Below are positions 12,085 to 25,730 of a stretch of 64,000 nt of DNA, one piece after another. The notes under the pieces were generated by a model. It searched no databases. It worked only from the letters and a program-made list of their open reading frames with translations, and was not told the origin of the DNA. The translations under genes and the position numbers were made by a program. Source of the stretch: Flaccisagitta enflata (lineage: Eukaryota); the NCBI GenBank assembly GCA_965153355.1, contig OZ231126.1, forward strand, positions 23,746,001 through 23,810,000, given 5' to 3'. Position 1 is the first letter of the stretch; each line of letters starts with the position of its first letter.

Positions 12085-13658
12085 GCAAGCAAAACCAATC
12101 AAAAAAAGTCTTGTCATATGAAATTATGAGTGTTCCCCGACCAGTATCAATCCCACAGGATACACAAAAAAATTTAACTCATTACTCAAACAATAAGTTA
12201 CCAAAAAATCGCATATAAATCAAATTTACCCCTTCTCGATTTTTTTGCTTTTTTTCTCTCAAGGCTGAATATCATGATACTTATTCTTTTAAACCTCCTT
12301 TGTCTTAGATATCAAGCATGTTTTCTTTTGCCATTCGATGGACAACTACTTGAAGGACATTCCCCTCCATTTTCATCTTATTGGGTTGATCCTAAGGAGA
12401 GAAATAGCATTTTTCTTGAAGCGTATCAATTCGCGCACACCCCCAAACTTGATCCTAACGCATACCTAACGCTTTGAATATGCCACTATGGAGTGAAAAT
12501 GAAACAATTCACATAAAATCTGACCGCACCATGTGAAAGAGAGTGAAATTTTGATTCTCCTTTGATAATTTGGAACCTTAACTCTCAGGCATTTCGTCAC
12601 AATGAAATTTTACATTTTTTTGGTCCTGAAGTGTGAACAGAATTGATACGCTCATCGACGGCTCATCGTAGTTAATTCTTTGTTTCCACACAGCGCTCCT
12701 CACACAAATGCGCGATGCTTTTGTGTCTTAATTTGATAAAAGATTTTAAAATTAAAATTGGCATATCTCAGGAACTGTTCCAGCTAGCCTTTTGAAATTT
12801 TGCATGGTTGATACCTAGACCAACAGGGTCTTTTGCCTAAATTTTGATGCGACCTACAGAATGTCACGCAGTCCAACCAGACCAACCAGCCAACCAGATG
12901 AAAAAATGAAAAAATGGCATATCTTCTAAAGTAATCGTCCAATTTGGTTGAGATTTTTCATGAAGCTTCCTTTAAAGATTCCTCGTCACTGGCATAAAAA
13001 AGAGCTTGGGGAAAAAAAATGTCTTCCAACAGCCCACCCAGCCAGAAATGGTACTTATAGAGATTTTTTTAAAATACTAAAAAAATTCAAAAAAATTTCA
13101 GAAACATGATCTCACATGTTTGCTTGAACCATGTCAATAAGAATTTCACTGTCATATTGATTTCTTAGTTGTATTTAGCTAAATTTTCTAGTAATAAAAT
13201 TGCCAACAATATCTATTCAAGCCTAATTTGCATGAAAAATGAGCTTACTTAAGAAACTCCAAGTATGGATTCATATGTAAGAATAGGTAAGCTATATGAT
13301 GACGTATGGTTTTGTTCAATTTTCAAACATGTAAATTTGATGAATTTCATCCCGTCCATGGTTGGGTTAGCGTGATACAAGCCAGTAGTGAGTAAGCAGA
13401 TGTAAATACCATTGAAAACTAGCAAGGCTCTCATTCTTTGTACCAAACGGCAATGTCGTAACTCTCAGAAATAATCGAGGGTTTTCAAGTTGTCGCGAAG
13501 ATGGAAGGCTCCACACTGGAGCCAAAGCTTCAGCAAGACCTACGCCTCGATGAAAATGAAACGAAACAAAAAACAATACGTAAAGGTTGCCGCATGTGTA
13601 TGTGTTTATCGTTTGCAAAGTTACCAATCATCCCCAATGACGATTCCTTTGCTCGTAG

Positions 13659-14132
13659 ATGTTTTCGTGGCGAGACGAAGTTACACCCCTGCCGTACGCC
13701 ATGGACCAAGTCGAGGCTTTGGGAGGTGAGAGTTATCTGGCTTCATCGATCTGGACGGATTGGACATCGAACCAAATTGTCGCGGGTTTCCGGAATGGAG
13801 CGATCGCGCTTTACGAGATGGTGACGTCGAGGTCAACCACGGTTATTCAGTGGGAGATGGAGTCGCCGCGCGAATCCATCAACAAAATTCACCACGTCGG
13901 ACCTTACATTGTCTTTTCCGACGGCGACGGGAATATCGTCCTTATGGACTTTTTACATGGAAAGTAGTGCGAGAGACTGCGTCGGCCCGGTATCGTCCCT
14001 TCGAGACATTTTTGTTAAAATCAGCCTTTTAATTATGATGGAAAACTTTGGACTTTGCTCACGACCGATGTAATGTATCCGGGCGTGTTGTCACCGATAT
14101 CACCGATCACTTTCATTTTAGGTGGTCAATAA
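13659..14132 (+). pseudogene. WD40-repeat-like exon with apparent frameshifts
   Basis: TAG acceptor at 13656-13658; SSIWTDWTSNQIVAGFRNGAIALYEM and ESINKIHHVGPYIVFSDGDGNIVLMDFLHGK have WD40-blade character. It continues as KVVRETAS after a shift in the A-run (~13961) and as SAFNYDGKLW after a shift in the T-run (~14027). Confidence 0.6.
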
Positions 14133-14513
14133 GTTTATCCGGTAATCGTAAATGTTGGAGAGATAGACGGACAAACAGACAGACTAATATATTTGGGCCA
14201 TTTACATGAATGACCTTTTCCTAAAGCTTAAATCTACCCAAAAGGGGTGCCACATTTTGAATCATTTTCTCGCATGTATTCTCTACGCAGATGATGTGTG
14301 TTTATTAGCACCAACGAGAAAAGCTATGCAACGTTTACTTGACATTTGTTCAGAATACGCACAGTCCTGGTGCATACAATACAATGCAAACAAGACCAAG
14401 ATGATGTTTTTTGGTGACGATTACAATACTGTAACATGTGGCCAATTATCTTTAAATGGTAAGAGCCTTGAATTTGTCACAGAGTGGAAGTATTTAGGTG
14501 TCATGGTGACGAG

Positions 14514-15515
<1,002 letters not shown>

Positions 15516-15534
15516 GTGACGAGCAACAAGAACT

Positions 15535-15722
15535 CACACTTGATCTTTTTGGCTGTTTCGGCGAAGTAGTTTTTTAAGCGCAAAATAATCCAATGACGGA
15601 AAGGTGATGATTTTCTGTTTTACCTAAGCCTTTTTAACTTCGATTAATGCAAAATTTAGGTAGATTTCCTTTGCTAGATTTCTTTCAGCCTCTTCTTCAA
15701 CTTCGTGGATAAGTCGAGTGTG
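15535..15722. mobile_element. 188-bp insertion with short TIRs and a 4-bp TSD
   Basis: AACT|CACACTTGA...TCGAGTGTG|AACT; removing it restores the LINE codons AAC AAG AAC TTC TGT. Confidence 0.75.
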
Positions 15723-17429
15723 AACTTCTGTACTTCTGTAATTAAACCGCGCTGCGCCTTTTACCGTAGCTCTAATTCAATCCTTAATGTACTTCATGGC
15801 CCAAGCGAAGATGTACAAATGAAACTGCTTTATAGCATCTGTGTCCCTTGTATAACCTATGCTTGTGATGTGGTTGAGTATAGCAGTAAGGACAAAATGA
15901 GTCTTCACGTTGCCCTCAATGACGCGATACGAAAAATATTCGGGTATGATCGATGGCAAAGTATAAAAGAAATTCGTGAGTCGTTTGGCTTTCCATCTAT
16001 TACGGAGATTTTCGCTAAGAGAAAATCTAATTTCGAACTTTACCTACCTCACACTGGTAACTCTTTGCTTACTTTCTTACTGAAAATTTAATCCGTTGTA
16101 CCTAGATTTAGATGTATGTTGTCTCTGGTATGCTTCTGTATCTCCATTTTGATACGAATAAAAGATCATATAAATACAGTGATATTTTTATATCAAGAAG
16201 TCTAAATGCTGAAAACTTTATGACACGGAGCAAGATGGCGTGAAAATTGCCAGTCACACAAATTTAGTATATTTTTTGCATCCAAAAGCTATGCAAAAAT
16301 TATCCTGCAAGTTACCAGATGTACCCAAGTATTATATAAAGTAATCCTCTTAGGTCAGGTGGCCATCATGGCCAGTTTGGGGCCGTATATATTGTTAAAT
16401 CTTTAAGAAAAAGTGCCAAAAAAATCAGAATCTGGCAACAATGAATAAAATGCCGCAATTTTTTATGGCTGTTGTCTACAGAAAACTAAAAAATCTCCTC
16501 TTTTTATAAACCGAACCCACTCAAGGCATCACAAGGTTTGAACAAAAAAATTGGCTATATACAGACTCAAAATTTAGGTACAAAAATAGTACATTTTTTC
16601 AGATTCTCAAAATTACAACGAAAAAAAGAAAAAATGCAAAAAAGTTAATCCAGTGAAATTTAAGCATACTTCCTGCAGACCCAGCGTCATAAAATTTGAG
16701 AGCTAGTTAAAAGTACTAAATGGCTAGTTGTGTTTCAAATTTTGTCTGTCTGCGATGATTTTAAGATGCGATTTTGATATTTTTTTGATTAGATGTAAGA
16801 CAATTTTAGATTTTGGAAAAAAACATTCTGCAATTTGAAAATAACAAATAAATTAAACGGACAAATTTTTTGCATTTTTGAAAACATGGGGACCTAGATA
16901 ATCAATTTTACTAGGTCCCCATGTTTTTCGTTTTCCCGATTTCTCATTTTCTATGCAAATTTGTTATTTTCAATGAGAGTGGTTCTGACTCATTTTCTAA
17001 TGCCAAATTCTTTTAAAGTATCCTATAGATATACAATTAGAATGATAACAAAAACTTTTCAAATCTTTCAAATATTTTGTTTTGGTTACAATTCAACACT
17101 TAGGAGACCAAAATGAGCAGAGTTAGTTGGTTTTTAAGGCCCTTGAGACCCCGGGGCCTCAACAGTCAGAGAGCTTTATGGCAGATTCTTAAGCGTGGGT
17201 CCAAAATTGCCGAAAAAACTCAGAAACTTCACTTTTCTGATATATTTTTTCATGCTGAACAGGAATTTGACCTCAAATTTTGGATATTTTTTTAACCTCC
17301 CATTCAAAAATCCATTTTTTTGCAATTTCTGGGGTAAAAATGTGCTTTTTGGCTATTTTGAGTACGCTTTTGTCACTTGGTTGAGTTTTTCACTTGAACC
17401 TCATAAGAATATAAGTCAATACATTGTCC

Positions 17430-18247
17430 AAGAGAATCTGGCTGTCAAACGGGAATCTTGAATGAGCAAAAACAGGCTAAAATGGGGCAAAATAGCCAAA
17501 AACAGCATCTTTTCCCAAAAATATCTGAGATATTGAGCATTTTATAGCTAACCTCAGTCACTTAAGTCAGAGATAGGACAGATATAGTCATTGAGAGCAT
17601 TAAACATTGATGCCTGGGTCACAACAGGCCAAAAACAGGCAAAAAATAGGCTATAATGGACAAAATCTGCATTTTCATCAACCAGTTCATTGTAACGCAA
17701 ATTTTTGGCACATCCTTGACTTTTCTTGGCCCGTATGTTGAAAAAAATTGTAAGTTACGATGATCTTTTTTAGTTGTGTGCTACGCGACTCTACACCCTG
17801 CTTTATTAGTCCATTGGTCTGTCAGTCCATCGGTCCGTCAGTCCATTGGTCGGTCTGTCCGTCCATCACACTTTACTTTTTTTGGGTTTTTGCGGTCTTT
17901 GGCCTCACTGCTCCTGCCCAAGTGATCAAGTGAACTCATATTCAGCCCCTGCCCACCCGCACGCAACTGGGGTAGCCGTGTATCCGGCCTTGTTAATGTA
18001 CATGTTGATTTTGACCATTTTAGCCTATTTTTGGCTTGGTTTTGGACTGTTATGACCCCAGTGTCAGTGTCCAAAGCTCTTGATGAGTATGTTTTCCCTA
18101 GTTCAGACTTGATTGATTGAGATTGGCTAATAAATAAAAATTATGAATAACTGATATTTTTGAGAAAAAAAACTGTTTTTGGCTATATTGGTTAATTTTT
18201 GGCCTGTTTTTGCCACTCAAGATCTCCGTATGGCCGCCAGATTCTTG
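17430..18247. mobile_element. Diverged inverted-repeat (foldback) element with a central HINE
   Basis: ~17430-17675 is the diverged reverse complement of ~18000-18247 (e.g. aaaaataggctataatggacaaaatc / gattttgaccattttagcctattttt). Confidence 0.65.
17766..17994 (+). mobile_element. HINE family 1 copy
   Basis: tttttagttgtgtgctacgcgact ... (GTCC/GTCG)n ... cacgcaact ... gccgtgtatccggccttgtt. Confidence 0.82.
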
Positions 18248-18383
18248 TGGACGGTGAATTTACCTCAGTCCTTGTATATTGTGATGTGTTACATTAAGCA
18301 TTGGTCTGGCAGGGCTAACGCATTTGAGATTTCAGTTTCAAGGACCTAGAAATTTATGGGGGCAGGGAAAATGTAAAAGGGAT

Positions 18384-18547
<164 letters not shown>

Positions 18548-19247
18548 TGACTGACAGAGAGAGTGAGACCAGAAAGACAAGACAGACAGAGTAAGACAGA
18601 AAATTTATGAAGGAAAATGAAGTGTTTCACCATACTTTTTGCATTATTATCAGGACAATAATGAAGCTGGAATGCTTTTAGTGGACAAATTGTCTCCAAG
18701 AACACTTGGTGCATGCATTTTTTCATATTCTGACTTAAATGTAATTTGAACTATGCAATTCACAAGAAAAAAAACATGAAAATAATGTTTTTTAGTGAAT
18801 TACATTTTTTTTTCATTTCTGAGGTCGAAATTCTAAGAAAGCCAAACACAAGGAAATTTCGCATTTTAAAAAAACATAGTTCTCTCTGTAATCAATTTGA
18901 GAGGAGAACTGTGTTCTTTGTTTTTTCATTTTTTCATTTCCTATGCACATTTAGAATTTCGACCAGCCCCCTGTCAGTGACCAAAAATAAAATAAGTGTA
19001 AATTTTCAGAAACAAATTTTTTGGTAACATTGGCTAAACTTGGTCCTCTTGCTAAGTAAATGTAAATTTCTTTTTTGAGTATTATGTCTGAACCATCTCA
19101 ATCACTTTCATTCACTTATTTTTGCATTCTGATTTACACATTTTTTCTATTTTGACCTTCTTTGAAACACAAGTGTTGCCTTCTGAGGGAAGTCGTCTTA
19201 CGACTGGGGTTGAATATCTATGTTCCGATTTATAACTAGTCAGATTT

Positions 19248-19979
19248 GTAACTAGTCAGTGAGGGCTCACAAGGCCCTCTTCCATATTTTTTAGTTTGGG
19301 TATAGTAAGGGATGTTGTTCCACCTGTCATACTACTCAGTACCTTGGATCCAAATGTCCGGCGGTCGCATTAAGCTTGACCTCGATTCTATCCTTCAAGG
19401 GTATGGTTTCTTAACAATGTTACCCTCGGGTGATTTGTTGAATTTTGGTAACTCTGGTAACAATGATTAGCCCTTATCTATTTTGGTAAGCATTAGTGTT
19501 TTGGCTTAGACTCAGAATGGATGTTTGCTAAGTTAGTTTTGCTAAATGGAAAACTAGGAGTGATGCGCGTAGTAACTAGTCAGTGAGGGCTCACAAGGCC
19601 CTCTTCCATATTTTTTAGTTTGGGTATAGTAAGGGATGTTGTTCCACCTGTCATACTACTCAGTACCTTGGATCCAAATGTCCGGCGGTCGCATTAAGCT
19701 TGACCTCGATTCTATCCTTCAAGGGTATGGTTTCTTAACAATGTTACCCTCGGGTGATTTGTTGAATTTTGGTAACTCTGGTAACAATGATTAGCCCTTA
19801 TCTATTTTGGTAAGCATTAGTGTTTTGGCTTAGACTCAGAATGGATGTTTGCTAAGTTAGTTTTGCTAAATGGAAAACTAGGAGTGATGCGCGTAGTAAC
19901 TAGTCAGTGAGGGCTCACAAGGCCCTCTTCCATATTTTTTAGTTTGGGTATAGTAAGGGATGTTGTTCCACCTGTCATA
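19248..19979 (-). repeat. 324-bp tandem repeat (about 2.3 units), each unit with a Helitron-like 3' terminus
   Basis: Unit starts at 19248, 19572 and 19896 and the units look identical; the minus strand reads GAGGGC-CTTGTGA-GCCCTC-ACTGA-CTAG-T. Confidence 0.85.
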
Positions 19980-20028
19980 ATATGAATAGTAACAACAACA
20001 ACAACAAAAAATGATAACAAAGACGAGG

Positions 20029-20073
<45 letters not shown>

Positions 20074-20889
20074 GTAACGACAACTACTACGATGTGATAA
20101 CAATTTGCAATTGTGAATGATTGAATGAATAAATAAATGAATGAGTGAATGAATGAATGAGTGATTGAATGAATAAATGAATGAATGAATGAAAGAACAG
20201 CTTTGTGATATCATTCATGATTAAGTGAATGTATGGACAATTGCTGAATAAAAGATTGCGAGACAATATCACATGGAGAACAAACCGTTTTATGACAAGG
20301 TGAATAATAAGCAATAAATGTCTGTTTTCTGTACTTTTTTTCATGAAATCTTATATGACAGTAATGAATTATATGAAAATATTCTATTATACATTTTTTA
20401 CTCATCAAAAATATGTTTAGAGCATTTTGAAACATTTTCTGATGCAGAAAACTGAAAAAATACAAAAAAAAAACTGAAAAACTAAATAAATCATATTTAA
20501 ATATATAATAATTAATATTTACCTAACTAAAACAGATTTTGCATTGATTTTTTTTGTTTTATTATCACAAAATTATATGTTAAGCAAAAATTCAAGAAAA
20601 AATTGTTTTATGACCACTAAATTTTTTGACCTTGGTGAAAGCCAAATTTCACGCGATCTTGCACCGTGTCTTATTTAAAAAATGTATGTTTTTGCCGTCT
20701 TCATTCTTTTTCTTAATGAATAATGGTCAAATTCTGAAACTGAAATAAAAAAAAAAAACATGTTTTTTTAATATGGTATTGTGTGGTTATAATTCTATCG
20801 GCGCGGCAATAATTGAGAATCTAAGATACAAGCTAGATGACAGTTTGTTCATCATCATCATCATCAACATCAACGTTACCATCATCTCG

Positions 20890-20965
<76 letters not shown>

Positions 20966-21026
20966 GCATCACCATCTCCATAAAAGCGCCTGCTACTACT
21001 ACGCGTTTTTGTTTTAATCCCGGCAT

Positions 21027-21101
<75 letters not shown>

Positions 21102-21272
21102 GTGTTTGTCTCTTTTTTCCATTTATCTCTTGTCATCCGCATTTGGAATTTAGAACTTCGCGTAAATTCTAATAGATGGCGACGACGATCATCGCCACAT
21201 GTTCCACTTTCTGGCGTAGGCTTACCCATTCCGCTGCGTCTTCTTATACACACGAAGAGAGCCCAAAAAGAT

Positions 21273-21636
<364 letters not shown>

Positions 21637-22211
21637 ACAGACTGACAGACTAGACTGACTTACTGACTGACTGACTGATTTACTGACTGAATGACTGACT
21701 GACTGACTGACTAACTGACGGACAGACAGACAGACAAAGACAGAAACAAAGTATGGGACGGAGACAGCCAGCCAGCAATGGAAGGAGTAGTTTGTCAGCT
21801 GAGTCTCAATTCGCATTAGGGTCGCTTCTCTCTTGTCAAATTTGGGGAAGAAGGATAAGAAGAAATGAGGAAGAGGAGGAGGAGGAGGAGGAGGAGGAGG
21901 AGACGCTGTTCGAAGAAGAGGTTTGGAGAAAGAGGGGCAGATGGGGGTAGAAAATGGGGGAATAAGGGAGGAAAAAAATTGGAGGAGGTTCAAAAAAGAA
22001 GCAAAAAGATGAGGAAGAGGAAGGAAAAGATGAATAAAACGTCGGGCCGGGATAGAAGCATAGATTGAGACAAACGCAGTTCTTGACTAAAATGAATAGC
22101 CAAATCTGCTCGACATTCTTTTTTGTCGGGCTCAGAAGCCAGAAAAACAAAAAAAGGATATAAGATGACTCAACAAAATGTTAATGAATGAATGAGAAAA
22201 AGAATGGATAT

Positions 22212-22419
<208 letters not shown>

Positions 22420-22828
22420 TGCAGACCGAAAGACAGACAGCAAAGTAAACAGGTACAGGTACAGATACAGTGCGTGTAAAAGACAAAGGCATGGAATGTA
22501 AGAGCAGTCTATGAAATGGGATACAGAAAGAGTCAGAATAGAGAGCTGTACAGAAACAGAGACAGACCGAGAGACCCTCAAACAAATCGGAACACATAAA
22601 TAACAAAAAGAAGGAGGATTTTTTTTCCTTCTTAAACGCAAAGATGAAAATTGAAAAGAGATATATATGTAGAAAGCAACAAAAAAGAGATAACAATAGT
22701 TGACGTTTACTGCAAAAATGACCAGAGGGAGGCGGAGATTAGTTTTAGGCATTCATTGTTATACGACCTGAGATAATTTACTCGCTCGATTTTGGACGAA
22801 TGCAGAAGATCATCGTAAAAGTCAAGAG

Positions 22829-22888
22829 TTGGGACAATTATGGACAAGACTTGGGACAATTATGGACAAGACTTGGGACAATTATGGA
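22829..22888. repeat. 22-bp tandem repeat (ttgggacaattatggacaagac), about 2.7 copies
   Basis: Direct reading. Confidence 0.9.
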
Positions 22889-23027
22889 TCTCTCCGCCTC
22901 TGATGAGTAATTAGATTATTAACGAGAGACTGAGGAGAAAAAAAGAACTTGAACTCTTAATATCATCCAGTTTCGATGGTTCAGCGGAGAGAATGTTGAT
23001 TATGAATACATTGTTGACTTGTTTAGA

Positions 23028-23220
23028 AAAACAAGGCCGGATACACGGCTACCCAAGTCGCGTGCGGGTGGGCAGGGGCAGTGATGAAATAGATCAACTA
23101 GGCAGTTGGGCAGGAGCTGTAACCCCCAAACCGCCCGTAAACGCCGAATAAGCAAAGTGTTACCGACGGACTGACCGACGGACGGAGCGGGTTGTAGAGT
23201 CGCGTGCACGCAACTAAAAA
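23028..23220 (-). mobile_element. HINE family 1 copy
   Basis: aacaaggccggatacacggc ... agtcgcgtgc ... gtagagtcgcgtgcacgcaactaaaaa. Confidence 0.82.
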
Positions 23221-24006
23221 AAGCAAATATTAAAGACTGACATTGAGATTTAGGTCAAATTCAGGTGGCGAATTTTGCGACTTCTTTTCTTTGTTCATAC
23301 CAAACATTCTTCTAAACAGAAGTAACACTAAGTAAATGGCTTTGGTCAGGTTTTTCCTGCTTTAGCTGAGGGCCTTCCAATCTTCACTTTTTCGTCCTTC
23401 GCTTCGTCATCGTTTCAGTCCAAGTTTTGCTTCTGCTTTTCCCTCCGACCCCAAAAAGTTTATGATTGGTCATAAACCCGTCGTCAATCTTCGACTCTTC
23501 GTCGTGATTAATGTGCGAACTTTGTGTCTTTTTGTTTGAAAATAATCAGTTTTATATGTAACATTGAGTAAAAACGTACATATTACTAAGAGAAAGGAGG
23601 AGAGGTTTTTAATAACGAACATTAAACTTTTATATAACAATCAACAATTTCAAGTGTCAACAACAAAAGTTTTATGATCGGCGAAAGATAAAAAAGATAA
23701 GAGAAAAAGTGAAGAGTAAAAGAACATTTGTTTTGAGAAGTTTTTAACCGGGTTGTTGCCTTTGATGTTTCAAGGACTTTTGATGTCAAGTTGCACCTGG
23801 TTCTTTCTTTTTGTTGTGACTCGTGACTTTTACCCTCCTGGGCTAGTTGAAACAAGACCAGTTGCACTCGTGCAGTCATGTCAGTTAGATTACTTTTACG
23901 GGCCCAGTTTACCGTTTTCATTGGATCTGTTTTTATTTGTCTTAATTCAGACTATCTGCTCCTCACCTAAGAATGTCCTTGTATTGCCTTGTAGTGTGTG
24001 TGTGGG

Positions 24007-24246
24007 TACTGATGTCCAACTCGATGATGTCTTTTGTTTTACTAACTTTCTAAGCGGGTTTTTATTTAGGGTTAGGGGTAGGGTTAGAGTTAGGGTTAGG
24101 GCTCGGGGTGGTTTTTGGGTTAGGGTTAGGGTCAGGACTAGCGTTGGGGGCTAGGTGAGAGCTGGGTTAAACACATTTCAACTCGAATCTACTCGAATTA
24201 GAGCTTCGCCCAAACGGGGAAACCCGATAAAAACAAAAGATCAGTA
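24007..24246. mobile_element. Short TIR element with a degenerate (TTAGGG)n core
   Basis: tactgat..tcttttgtttt vs aaaacaaaagatcagta; ttagggttaggggtagggttagagttagggttaggg at ~24066-24100. Confidence 0.55.
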
Positions 24247-24261
24247 TCGTCTCGGACATTT

Positions 24262-24370
<109 letters not shown>

Positions 24371-24855
24371 GTCTGTCTATCTTTCTTAGATTGGAGAAGG
24401 ATGTACAATAGATGAAATTGACTTCAGGGAAGCAGAAATGCACCATTGTGAATGTACTTGGGCATAGAAAAAAAACACCTTAAATTGACTCGTTTCTACA
24501 TGCTGGCAGGTGCAATGGAGTTGAAATAAAAACTTGGTATTGAAATGAGTTTCCAAAGATCCAATAAAAAAAGATTATTGGGCGATGAAAAAAAATAAAG
24601 AATAGAAGTCTTAGCTGAAAATGATGAGAAATGAAATAAAAAGAAATGTGAGAGGGAGCAAATAAAAGAGGAAAAAAAAAAGAGAAAAAGAATAATAAAA
24701 AAAACCTAAGAAATAAAAATAAGGGAGAAAGGAATGAAAAAAAAAGGAAGGAAGGTTGTTTTCTGCTTTTTCGGATTCTGGCTTTTCTCCTTCTTCCTCT
24801 TTCCCACTTTTGGCCGAGTCAATGGCTTGTGAAAAGCAAATGGTCTTCGCGCCTG

Positions 24856-25375
24856 CTTGGCGTCGAACCAGCGATGGAAAGCCCGACACGTTGGAGGGAT
24901 GGTGGGAAGGGGGGGGAGGGCGGGGGGGTTGTGGTGGTGCAGGGGACTCGGGGCGTTGAAACAGGCGATGGAAAGCCCGACACGTTGGAGGGAAGGGGGG
25001 GGGGGGTAAGGGTGAGGCTGGTGCAGGGGAGTCGGGGCCATGAGTTGGTTTGGCGTTGAACCAGCAATGGAAAGCCCGACACGTTGGAGGGATGGTGGGA
25101 AGGGGGGGAGGGGGGGGGGGTTGTGATGGTGCAGGGGACTCGGGGCGTTGAAACAGGCGATGGAAATCCTGACACGTTGGAGGGATGGTGGGAAGGGGGG
25201 AGAGGGGGGTTGTGGTGGTGCTGGGGAGTCGGGGTCATGAGTTGGTTTGGCGTTGAAATAGGCAATGGAAAGCCCGACAGCGTCGAAGCAGCGGTGGTGG
25301 TGGCAGTGGTGGTGGGGAGATTCGGGTGGTGGGTGAATTTTGGCGCCGAACTTGCAATGCAATAGCCCGACAATG
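24856..25375. repeat. G-rich ~95-bp minisatellite with alternating A/B units
   Basis: The anchor gc(g/a)atggaaagcccgacacgttggaggga recurs at ~24871, 24965, 25063, 25157 and 25262. Confidence 0.85.
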
Positions 25376-25544
25376 TCGAAGAGATAAAGAGGGTTGGCAA
25401 GGGGATGGGGTAGGGGGAGTAACGGATTGTTTTGGTGTTGAGGGGGAACAGGGGTGGTAGATAAGATCGGGTTCGATGCAAAATCATATAGTCTGAATAA
25501 AGTGCGGGGTTTTGAGAGTTACGTGGTGGATGGTGCTGAGATAT

Positions 25545-25730
25545 TTTTTTAGTCGCGTGCTGCGCGACTCTACACCCCGCTTTGTCGGTCGGTCGGTCGG
25601 TCACACTTTACTTTTTTTATGATTTTTATGTTTGGACCTCACCGCTCCTGCCCAAATGGTCTAGTGACCTCAAATATGGCCCCTGCCCACCCGCACGCGA
25701 CTTCGGTAGCCGTGTATCCGGCCTTGTTTT
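25545..25730 (+). mobile_element. HINE family 1 copy (cleanest example)
   Basis: TTTTT-AGTCGCGTGC-TGCGCGACT (subTIR + IR), (GTCG)n, GCACGCGACT (3' subTIR), GCCG-TGTATC-CGGC stem-loop, CTTGTTTT. Confidence 0.85.

Noticed and set aside
11672..12098. Repetitive 'SRPKSQPRGPNPSLEAQIPA' ORFs
   Set aside because: Produced by the 20-bp array of HINE2; open in several frames and present in other copies.
19248..19979. Retrozyme or self-cleaving ribozyme in the 324-bp unit
   Set aside because: No CTGANGA...GAAA hammerhead core on either strand. A twister-like TAA..GC..GTCTAAGC string on the minus strand lacks P2 and P4 pairing. An Infernal scan would still be needed to exclude other classes.
24066..24135. 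True telomere or chromosome-fusion scar
   Set aside because: Short, degenerate, single orientation and enclosed in TIR-like ends.
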